DNA of 38,888 nt from Nanobdellati archaeon. Its GTDB lineage: Archaea; Nanobdellota; Nanobdellia; Woesearchaeales; JAADFO01. Within the stretch, counting starts at the first letter, position 1, and each line of letters starts with the position of its first letter. Below, in pieces: positions 1-7,630 of this stretch. Location: contig JAADFO010000002.1 of assembly GCA_013152815.1 (NCBI GenBank), forward strand, positions 1-38,888, read 5' to 3'. Made by a program: the position numbers and the translations under genes. Under the pieces are notes generated by a model. That model saw only the letters and a list, made by a program, of their open reading frames with translations. It was not told the DNA's origin and did no database searches.

Positions 1-119
1 GGGATTTCTATACGGCAGCATACCGGGTGCTGATCAACAAGGAGAAGGGACCGAAGCTGGCGGGCTTTATCTTAACGATCGGGAAAGAGAAGGCAATACA
101 ACTCTTTGAGCAGGTGTGA
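1..119 (+). CDS. lysS: Class I lysyl-tRNA synthetase, C-terminal fragment (5' truncated by window)
   Basis: Frame starting at base 3 reads DFYTAAYRVLINKEKGPKLAGFILTIGKEKAIQLFEQV*. The GPxLAxFIxxIG motif is typical of the class I LysRS C-terminal anticodon-binding domain. Confidence 0.8.
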   Translation, partial: DFYTAAYRVLINKEKGPKLAGFILTIGKEKAIQLFEQV

Positions 120-141
120 GAGAAGGCAAGGGGGTGCAGGA

Positions 142-1599
142 TCAAATCGGCGATGTCCATTTTTTATCTTCTTCAATCTGCTTATTGACCGCAATTGCAA
201 AGGCTGAGTCTTTATCGGAACCAAGAATATCGGTGATCTTCAGTTTATTTTCCCCGATGAAGTCTGCTGCAAACTTGACCAGGTTGTCCTGTGTTGAAGC
301 ATCATCGCTGTTTTTGTAGAAGAGCGATGCGGCGTTGAACACAGCAATCTTATCATCAGCTGACACTACGGCATCTCCTGCGTCTTTCAATTCATCTATG
401 GCCCCATCCAAACGCTGGACATACTGGTTTTGATAGTTCGCCTGCAGTAGATGGACATAAGCGGTCTTTTTACTGATAGCATCGTATGCTTTCTCAACTT
501 TTTTCTTCTCTTTAGCAGTGGCATCTTTCGGATTATCAGGCAACTTATCATAAACTTCAAGATAGGCTGTTACTTTTGAAATATCATCAGAGTCCTTTTG
601 CATTTCATTAAGCTTCATAACCAATTTATCATGTTCAGTAGGAAGATCCAACGGATTCCCTTCCAAAGTAAACGGATTTTCGGGGTCTTCTGCCAATTCT
701 TTAATCGAATCTGTGAGTTTCTTTACCTTAGCAGCCCGAGAAACCCTCTGGGCAGCTACCAGCGCAGATATCTTTTTCTTGAAATCCTGAACATCCGTAA
801 AGCCTGATTTGATGGCGGGCGGTTGTTGGCTCTGTTCAATAGACGCAAGAACTTCAGAGTCAAGAACGGTCAATTTATTGAGAAAGTTATCAATCGATTT
901 CACACCACTTTTCCTTTTCTTTAAATCAGCTAATTTTTTCTTATACTCTTCCAGCTTACTTAAACTATCAGCATTTGAAATACCCAGGTGCAGAGTTCCA
1001 AGATCCGCAATCTTCTTTTCCAAATCAGTTATTTTCAAGTCAGCTAATGTTTTCTTATACTCTTCCAGCTTACTTAAACTAGAAATACCCAGGTGCAGAG
1101 TTCCAAGATCCGCAATCTTCTTTTCCAAATCAGTTATTTCTTTTTCTTTCTGTCTACTTGTGACAGGATTATTGGGAGACTTTGATTTTTTGATGTTCAG
1201 CACCTGGGCCAGGAGGGTATTCCCGGCTGTGATATCCTTGGAATTGGAATTGTCTTTTTTTGTGAATTTCTTTGCGTATGATTTGATGATCGCATCAGTA
1301 AAACTTCTCGTTTTCAGGTCATTATTTATTTTATTAAGCTTTTTTGTATCAGTGAGATATTCGTTCATCGCCGTAATGGTGTCTGTATCGACAATGCCAT
1401 TGACAGTAATTGGTTTGCCTTTATGTTCTTGATTGTAGAGGATCTTGAAGGCAAGGACAGCGGCCTCTGTCCTGGAGCCGTACTTTCCGTCGATGTTGCC
1501 GGGATCCAAACCCAACGTTTTCAGGCCCTTCTGGATCTTGTGGACATCACCATCGTTATCCTTATCAACAGTGGTCAGCTTTTTGTTTTCAAAAGTCAA
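142..1599 (-). CDS. Protein with N-terminal peptidoglycan-binding (PG_binding_1-like) domain and coiled-coil body; possibly the 3' half of a frameshifted gene
   Basis: 485-aa ORF with TTG start. GDVHKIQKGLKTLGLDPGNIDGKYGSRTEAAVLAFK...VNGIVDTDT matches the PG_binding_1 pattern (Q-L-LG, DGxxGxxTxxAV, GxV). AT-rich, with an internal duplication. Confidence 0.75.
   Translation of the reverse strand: MTFENKKLTTVDKDNDGDVHKIQKGLKTLGLDPGNIDGKYGSRTEAAVLAFKILYNQEHKGKPITVNGIVDTDTITAMNEYLTDTKKLNKINNDLKTRSFTDAIIKSYAKKFTKKDNSNSKDITAGNTLLAQVLNIKKSKSPNNPVTSRQKEKEITDLEKKIADLGTLHLGISSLSKLEEYKKTLADLKITDLEKKIADLGTLHLGISNADSLSKLEEYKKKLADLKKRKSGVKSIDNFLNKLTVLDSEVLASIEQSQQPPAIKSGFTDVQDFKKKISALVAAQRVSRAAKVKKLTDSIKELAEDPENPFTLEGNPLDLPTEHDKLVMKLNEMQKDSDDISKVTAYLEVYDKLPDNPKDATAKEKKKVEKAYDAISKKTAYVHLLQANYQNQYVQRLDGAIDELKDAGDAVVSADDKIAVFNAASLFYKNSDDASTQDNLVKFAADFIGENKLKITDILGSDKDSAFAIAVNKQIEEDKKWTSPI
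919..1137 (-). repeat. In-frame tandem duplication (114 bp + 105 bp)
   Basis: 919-1032 and 1033-1137 are nearly identical and encode ITDLEKKIADLGTLHLGIS(NAD)SLSKLEEYKKxLADLK twice. One copy has a 9-bp insert. Confidence 0.95.
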
Positions 1600-3494
1600 G
1601 TCAGCTTATAGATCTTTTCTTTATCGTTCAGAACGATCTTTTTATCGCCCTCGCTGTTTTGTCCGTCATTATTATTTTGGGATCCGCCGCCGCCATTAGC
1701 GTTATTCGTGGACTCGTCGTTACTCTGTTTATCCTTCTTTTGAAGTTTTTCGTTCTTCGTCACGATCTTAGAAAGAGTCACAGTTCCTTTGAGGTCTACC
1801 GTGTATTCTTTCGGATTTTCAGTATCCTGATTATCGGTAATCAGCATCAGAGCGTCAGATACTTTTGTATCCGTCGTTCCAGAGAATTTTGTCGTCCCAT
1901 CTTGATTGTTCAGGATAAAGCTCCCAATGACTTTATCTTCCTCTTGGTGAAGATTCTTTTTGTCTATTAGATATTTATAAGACTTGTCGTCTGCACCAAC
2001 AAGAACAGGCACATCAAGTTTGCCGAAAGAGATGGTGGCGACCTGGGTGCCGGGTAATCTCATCTGGAGTCTTTTATCTGGCTGCAACACAACAGCATGA
2101 TCCTTAGAAGTGATATGCCCAAGATTGACATCATCCTCTGAGCTGACATGCAGATTATCAACGGTTATGTCGCCGACCTTGCCGGAAAAAGAGATGGTCG
2201 TGGCACCAGGATAATAGTCTATGAACACGGTATCAAAGGAGGTTTTCATTTTATCATTTATCTCCAGACCGTTCTCTGTTTTCTTGAAGAAGTGCTCTTT
2301 GTTATTGAACAAAATCAAGGTTGATGCATCGTCATCAGGGCGGGATTGAATCTTTACCTCAAGTTCAGGGTTTTTGCCAACTTCAGGCTCGTATGCATAA
2401 AAATATCCTTTCTTAAGAAGATTAACTGATTGCATAAACCCCTGCTTGTCAATCTTGAGACTAACCTGAGAACCGGTGATTAACTGAGAAACAGTGTGGG
2501 TTTCATCAGGCATATCCCCTCTATGTATAGTAAAGGTTTCATCCCTGTAGAAGTCAGCATTGTTTTCTCCTTTGAGGGTCAAGGTGTCATCTTTCTTGCT
2601 TACCGTAACTTCGCTCCCTTTCCAAAGGGTTACTTTGGTTGATCTGTCTGCATCGGTTACCTTGAGTGTTGGATTACTCGCACTTCCTAAGAAACGACCC
2701 TCAGAACCTCCTCCTTCATACACGACTGGACCGCTCGTTACCTCCACCACATACTCCCCCTTCTGGTTGAGCTGCACTCCTTTTGGAAGGGTATACTGGT
2801 TGTTGCTGTAAGAGAGGGTACTTGTCTTATCCATACCAGAGAGGTCTAATTCAAGGAGATCGTTGACCGTGAGAGAGATATCTTTAGGGCTTGTGTGCGT
2901 CTTCACCTCGATTGTTTCCATGCCCTTGACATTATACCCATCGATCTTGAACCCGCCGTCAGGTGTGCTCGAAACAATATCCTGGTCACGAAGATTGGCC
3001 AACTTCAGCTTTGTCGTGGTAGCTCCGACCGTGTTGATGAGATAAATGTCATCGTCTTTTTTTTCGTATACAAGGTTTCCGTAATTAACTTGAACAACGG
3101 CCGGAGAGAGAGAAGAGAAGTACTCACCCGCAGCATCTCTGTTCTCATCGATCTTTCCGTCCTTCTGGAAATAGGCATCGGCGAGGTCTTTGAATTTAGT
3201 CTTGTCTGAAACTGTTGTATAGTCGTCCTTGAAGAAGTCATCGACCTTATTCTCATACTTCCCGAGAAGAAACTCCACAGAATCTTCATAACCATGAGGT
3301 GTTCCCTCATACGCCATCGCTTGCTCCATGGCTGCGGTAGGATTTTTCTCATAATATGTGGTGAAGTCCAACAGAACCTTATCCGGTTTCCAAGAGTTGA
3401 TATCCTCAGGCACAACACCGCCACCGTCCTGCGCAACGGCAAAGGGCAGCAGGAGCAGCGCCAGCACCAACAGCAGTGTCATTTTCCTGAGCAT
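1596..3494 (-). CDS. Secreted hypothetical protein (signal peptide, beta-rich body, N/G/Q-rich linker at C-terminus)
   Basis: 632-aa ORF with signal peptide MLRKMTLLLVLALLLLPFAVA. It ends in a low-complexity linker (NNANGGGGSQNNNDGQN). The start overlaps the upstream stop (TGATG). Confidence 0.8.
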   Translation of the reverse strand: MLRKMTLLLVLALLLLPFAVAQDGGGVVPEDINSWKPDKVLLDFTTYYEKNPTAAMEQAMAYEGTPHGYEDSVEFLLGKYENKVDDFFKDDYTTVSDKTKFKDLADAYFQKDGKIDENRDAAGEYFSSLSPAVVQVNYGNLVYEKKDDDIYLINTVGATTTKLKLANLRDQDIVSSTPDGGFKIDGYNVKGMETIEVKTHTSPKDISLTVNDLLELDLSGMDKTSTLSYSNNQYTLPKGVQLNQKGEYVVEVTSGPVVYEGGGSEGRFLGSASNPTLKVTDADRSTKVTLWKGSEVTVSKKDDTLTLKGENNADFYRDETFTIHRGDMPDETHTVSQLITGSQVSLKIDKQGFMQSVNLLKKGYFYAYEPEVGKNPELEVKIQSRPDDDASTLILFNNKEHFFKKTENGLEINDKMKTSFDTVFIDYYPGATTISFSGKVGDITVDNLHVSSEDDVNLGHITSKDHAVVLQPDKRLQMRLPGTQVATISFGKLDVPVLVGADDKSYKYLIDKKNLHQEEDKVIGSFILNNQDGTTKFSGTTDTKVSDALMLITDNQDTENPKEYTVDLKGTVTLSKIVTKNEKLQKKDKQSNDESTNNANGGGGSQNNNDGQNSEGDKKIVLNDKEKIYKLT

Positions 3495-4762
3495 CAGGGC
3501 ACCTCGATGACATAGGCAGTCTTGTTGATGAACACCCCGTCGTCGAAGAGCAGGACCTCGAAGAAGTGCTCTCCCTGATCAGCCATGAGGGGCGTATAGG
3601 TAAGCGACGATCCATTGAAAGCAAAGGGACCGGTGACATATCCGGTGTAGGGAAAGTCAGGAAGGGGGGATGCGACCGGGAAGCTGTGGCGGAAGGTCAC
3701 TCCGACGGCAGCGCGCAGACGCAGGGAATCTGCCGGAACGGTCTGGGTGATCTCGATGGGCACCGCTTCCCTCACCAGGACAGGACCGTCCTGCAGCTCC
3801 AGGAAGAGGGTGTGGTTGCCCACATCCTCTGGAAGAGGCGTGAACCTGAGCACACCTGCAGACCTGTTGATGAAAAAGCCGGGCGTGTGCATGCTGAAGT
3901 TGACATCGCTCTCATTGAGCGCGTCGAAATCATAGGAGAAGGGCTGGCCGACGACTGCCCGGAGGGGAGCAAGGTTGGTGAACCTGTTCTCAGGGGTGGT
4001 GTCAAAATCATAGATCGAGCTCACCATGAAGACCAGGGGGAAACCGAGAAGTTCCTCATCACCCTTGATGACATAGACGACCTCATTCTCCCGGTAGGCA
4101 TGCACAGAGACATCCATGCCGAACTGGTTCATGAACGTGGGATCGATCTCATCGGGAAGGGCAAGCTCCATGTCGGCGATGGCCTTCCCCACATAGAGCG
4201 CGTGGCCGAATTGGGTAGTCAGTTCGGTGCGGAAGGCATCGACGGTCAGCACCTCGTCATCGAGGGTCATCTCCAGAGTGTAGGATGTCTCGAAGATCAC
4301 CTTGCTCTCGGTGATGGTTGCCAAGGTATGAGGTTCTGCCAATACCTTGACCGGATAGGGGAAGTCCTGGAAATCGTTGAGGCACGAAGGGAGCACCTCA
4401 TCCATGTAAAGAGAGAGCTGTGAAGCAACCTCTTCATCTGTCGGCCGCGTATCCATGCCCTTGTCATACCAGGCAGCGACAGAGGACATGATCGTATCCA
4501 CCCTCGGCTGGTCATCGGGAAGGTGGGTGAAACCGCCCTGGGAGCCCGCCAGGACCAGGGCCTGCCGGCCTGTCTGCCGCATGCAGGCCTCGACATAGGA
4601 CTGGAGCGGAGCTGCCTTCTGGGGCGTCTTCTGCCGAAGCCCTGTCTCGGTCTGCGCAGGCCCCACTGCAGAGGGTTCTGCGATGGAAAAGAACAGGACA
4701 GCTGCTGCGAGAAGAACAAGACCGATGATGATGAAAAGGCTCACCTGACCTTTAGGATGCAT
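3494..4762 (-). CDS. KGQ-motif (class III signal peptide-like, pilin-like) surface protein with C-terminal Ig-like repeats
   Basis: MHPKG|QVSLFIIIGLVLL N-terminus; LQSYVEACM...GSQGGF motif; two AxVGxxFxyxF...LxxTP...DxGxHxxxxxl segments resembling putative Ig (He_PIG-like) domains. Start placed at 4762 from the TATA position. Confidence 0.75.
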   Translation of the reverse strand: MHPKGQVSLFIIIGLVLLAAAVLFFSIAEPSAVGPAQTETGLRQKTPQKAAPLQSYVEACMRQTGRQALVLAGSQGGFTHLPDDQPRVDTIMSSVAAWYDKGMDTRPTDEEVASQLSLYMDEVLPSCLNDFQDFPYPVKVLAEPHTLATITESKVIFETSYTLEMTLDDEVLTVDAFRTELTTQFGHALYVGKAIADMELALPDEIDPTFMNQFGMDVSVHAYRENEVVYVIKGDEELLGFPLVFMVSSIYDFDTTPENRFTNLAPLRAVVGQPFSYDFDALNESDVNFSMHTPGFFINRSAGVLRFTPLPEDVGNHTLFLELQDGPVLVREAVPIEITQTVPADSLRLRAAVGVTFRHSFPVASPLPDFPYTGYVTGPFAFNGSSLTYTPLMADQGEHFFEVLLFDDGVFINKTAYVIEVP

Positions 4763-4787
4763 TATGGCTCTATTTCTGAGCATGATG

Positions 4788-4796
4788 ATATATAAA
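4788..4796 (-). promoter_or_regulatory. Archaeal TATA box (TTTATATAT) for the pilin-like/secreted protein operon
   Basis: TTTATATAT on the minus strand ends about 25 nt before the ATG at 4762, consistent with a leaderless mRNA. Confidence 0.6.
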
Positions 4797-4811
4797 CATT
4801 ACTATCTGGGA

Positions 4812-5106
4812 GGCTCTGGAGAAAGTTACGCTTTCGCGTGGTCAGCATCAGGCTCGGCCACAGTAATGAGTCTGCTTCTGCCGTTCCGGCCCCGCACCTG
4901 GTTACGCTCAGTTGACACGCAATATGGAGCATGAAGCGCCATTACGCTGCCATGCTGTGCATCTGCAAGGCAGCGATGCGGAACAACGGGTTCCGCTTCC
5001 TTTGATCAAACTTTCGTGAAAGTTTGGGGGCAACCCCCGAAACTCCTTCGCTCCTGTCTTGGATAATGCCTCGCAAAGGATGCTGACCTCACTTTCTTAC
5101 AGAGCC
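4812..5106. mobile_element. Non-autonomous MITE-like element, copy 1 (295 bp; IS5/IS903-like TIRs; 9-bp TSD TATCTGGGA)
   Basis: Left end GGCTCTGGAGAAAGT (4812-4826), right end ACTTTCTTACAGAGCC (5091-5106). Exact direct repeat TATCTGGGA at 4803-4811 and 5107-5115. Second copy at 31680-31975. No ORF. Confidence 0.9.
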
Positions 5107-5124
5107 TATCTGGGAAGGGCAAAC

Positions 5125-5520
5125 CTATTTCTTCTCTTTCATCTTCTTGGTGATGTCGATATTGGCATCGCAGTGCTGACAGTGCACGCGGATGGTATCC
5201 ACGCCGTCGATCTTCTTCCGCTTGTAGGGAACAGCCGCCTCGCCTTCTTTGCCGCAGGAAGGACAGCGATAGGCCGACTCGATCATCAGGCTCTCTTCAT
5301 AGGCTTTCTTCTCGACAGTGTACCCGCAGGCTGGGCATACATACTCTTTGGCGCGGATCTTCACCTGACCCTGCTTTCCGGTCGGCTTGCCCATCTTCGC
5401 CTTGCCGCATTTCGGGCAGAGGGACCGATAGACCCATGCCCTCACGTTGCCATCGCCAATGGTCCTGTTGGTGAAATAGATCAGCTCTTCCATGCTCTCG
5501 GGTTCTGTCACCATCATCAT
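5125..5520 (-). CDS. Multi zinc-ribbon protein
   Basis: 131 aa with four CxxC pairs (CPKC, CPAC, CPSC, CQHC). The start overlaps the upstream gene (ATGA) and is preceded by GAGGTG. Confidence 0.8.
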   Translation of the reverse strand: MMMVTEPESMEELIYFTNRTIGDGNVRAWVYRSLCPKCGKAKMGKPTGKQGQVKIRAKEYVCPACGYTVEKKAYEESLMIESAYRCPSCGKEGEAAVPYKRKKIDGVDTIRVHCQHCDANIDITKKMKEKK

Positions 5521-5780
5521 GCACCTCGCTTGACCACAAAGGTCTTGATCGTCATGTTCTTCTGTTGCTCTTCCCTACCGACCTGAGGAAGCCAGGTCTG
5601 TCGGATCACGAGAGCTGTTATGTCCTTGATATTGCTGCCGAGATGCACCACCCACCTCGCGAAGTCCCAAAAAAAACCTATCCTGTCCTGCTTCCTGTCA
5701 AGCTGGTACTGGTTGGTCGCGACGATGAGCACACCGCCGATGACCAGGAACAGGAGCACGAACACGACTGTTTTACCCAA
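5517..5780 (-). CDS. Small membrane-anchored hypothetical protein
   Basis: 87 aa with an N-terminal hydrophobic helix. Overlaps both neighbours in an operon-like arrangement. Confidence 0.7.
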   Translation of the reverse strand: MGKTVVFVLLFLVIGGVLIVATNQYQLDRKQDRIGFFWDFARWVVHLGSNIKDITALVIRQTWLPQVGREEQQKNMTIKTFVVKRGA

Positions 5781-6570
5781 GACGTTTCACCTCGATGGAC
5801 ACGGCATCTCTCTTGACACGTATGTCTTTTGGGCACAGGACAGAGGGATACTTATGCTTTTCGCAATAGGAGAGGATAGCTTTCTTTTCCCCGGCAGACG
5901 AGAAGGGGACGATGACGTTGATGCCCTTGCCAGGATGAAGCACGTGACCCCTGAAATCCTTCAGGATGGCATCATGGATCATCCTCCAGCGTTCCAGGCG
6001 TGGACGCAGGGAGGTGAGCTGTTCCAAAAGAGCCGGGAAATCTATCTGATGGGAAAGGTCCTGTCTGGACAGGAACCCATCGATGGGGCCATCATCGAAG
6101 GCGAGGAAACCGCCGGTCCGGATGCTGACAGGCTTCCAGCGACCGAAGCTCCCCAGGATGAGGTCACCGAAACGTTCCTGCCCGGTCCCTATGGCACCGG
6201 ACACATCATTGATGAGAAAGACGCCCTGCTGCTTCGCCCAACGTGCAATCGCATCCATGTCCAGGAGCGCATGGTAGCCGGGCATGGCATTGAGGATCAT
6301 GACACCGGGGACATCCTTCAGACCCTCCAGCAGGGAGACATCCACAAGACCGTCATCTGTCGGAATGAACCTGATCCGGTAGCCTTCCTTCACGCCGGAC
6401 TGTCCATAGGTCATCCAGCCACCCTGGTCAGGAAGTGCAAGGGTCTCGGCGAACGACCGTGCGTAGCGCAAAGACAACCGTATCGCCTGATTCCCCCGAC
6501 GGCAGAACATGATATGGCGCTTCCCGGTCATCTTCATGAGCAACCGCCTGCAGGCTGTTTCATAATCCAT
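5773..6570 (-). CDS. PLP-dependent transferase, DegT/DnrJ/EryC1/StrS-like (short form)
   Basis: Motifs LINDVSGAIG and GSFGRWKPVSIRTGG (Schiff-base Lys followed by GG). Confidence 0.7.
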   Translation of the reverse strand: MDYETACRRLLMKMTGKRHIMFCRRGNQAIRLSLRYARSFAETLALPDQGGWMTYGQSGVKEGYRIRFIPTDDGLVDVSLLEGLKDVPGVMILNAMPGYHALLDMDAIARWAKQQGVFLINDVSGAIGTGQERFGDLILGSFGRWKPVSIRTGGFLAFDDGPIDGFLSRQDLSHQIDFPALLEQLTSLRPRLERWRMIHDAILKDFRGHVLHPGKGINVIVPFSSAGEKKAILSYCEKHKYPSVLCPKDIRVKRDAVSIEVKRLG

Positions 6571-6755
6571 GGGCCCGGAAAAAGCGATGAGGATTATAAC
6601 TTTTCCCCTGCGTCATGTCCTTTGGACGACAAGCCCAGACCATCCTCAATATACCTTTTTCTATACTAATAGAAATCTTTATATACTAATTAGAGTATTG
6701 TGGTCTGTAATTCTCAAAGAGGACTCATAGCAACAACAGAGGGAGGGACGACAAA

Positions 6756-7562
6756 ATGAGAAAAATCGCAGTGATCAACCAGAAGGGTGGAGTCGGCAAG
6801 ACCACCACAGCTATCAATCTTTCCGCAGGGCTTGCCAGGGAAGACAAGAAAGTGCTGCTCCTGGACCTGGACCCGCAGGGACATGTGGCCAGCTTCTTCC
6901 CAGGAGGGGGAGAGAAGAAGGACATGTTCGAACTGCTGACCAACGGGGCGACGGCCGAGGAATGCATCGTCTCCATAGGAAAGAACTTCGACGTCATACG
7001 GAGTTCCTCCACCATGCGGGGAGCAGAATACGCCCTTTACCAGAAACAGGACGGGGCAGCCAAGCTCCAGGAAAAGCTCGAGCATCTCTCTGGCTATGAC
7101 TTCGTGATCGTCGACTGCCCGCCCTCGGTGGGCATCATCACCCAGAACGCGCTCCAGTACTGCGACGAGGCGTTCATCCCGGTCTCCACCGAACCCCTTG
7201 CCATCGACGGCGCGAGGAAGATCATCGCCACCATCAAGGAATTCACCGAACACAGCGGCAAGGACGTCAGGGTGAGCAAGGTCATCCCGACACTCTACGA
7301 CCGAAGGAACAGGATCTGCAAGGAATCCCTTGAGAAACTGCAGAATGAATACTATGACATCATCACCGAACCCATACGGCAGAACAGCAAGCTCAAGGAA
7401 GCGCCGCTCCATCGGAAATCCATCTTCACCTACGCCCGGAGCTCCCGGGGAGCGAAAGATTATGGCAGGCTTGTCATGCAGGTCCTTGCCGATGAAGCGC
7501 GGACCGTCCCCTCAGGAGGGGCAGACAGCATCATCCTGCAACCCATGACCGGCCATGCATGA
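6756..7562 (+). CDS. parA: ParA/Soj family ATPase
   Basis: Deviant Walker A NQKGGVGKTT, DLDPQG, DCPPS, EAP motifs. GGAGGGA RBS upstream. Confidence 0.9.
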   Translation: MRKIAVINQKGGVGKTTTAINLSAGLAREDKKVLLLDLDPQGHVASFFPGGGEKKDMFELLTNGATAEECIVSIGKNFDVIRSSSTMRGAEYALYQKQDGAAKLQEKLEHLSGYDFVIVDCPPSVGIITQNALQYCDEAFIPVSTEPLAIDGARKIIATIKEFTEHSGKDVRVSKVIPTLYDRRNRICKESLEKLQNEYYDIITEPIRQNSKLKEAPLHRKSIFTYARSSRGAKDYGRLVMQVLADEARTVPSGGADSIILQPMTGHA

Positions 7563-7630
7563 GAGCCAGAAAAGAATCGGATAACATTCTGGATAAAACA
7601 TATAAACATACTCCTTGCTTCCAGCTAGCC

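Noticed and set aside
4812..5106. Element as SRP (7S) RNA or RNase P RNA, given its ~300 nt length and paired ends
   Set aside because: It lacks the SRP helix-8 motif and the RNase P GAGGAAAGUCC-type conserved regions on either strand, and it occurs twice with distinct target-site duplications.
5620..6669. Long antisense ORFs (e.g. 5620-6669 +, 19523-20530 +, 20883-21947 -, 35560-37032 -, 3566-4423 +)
   Set aside because: They are shadow frames opposite well-supported genes, expected from GC-rich codon bias, and carry no motifs.
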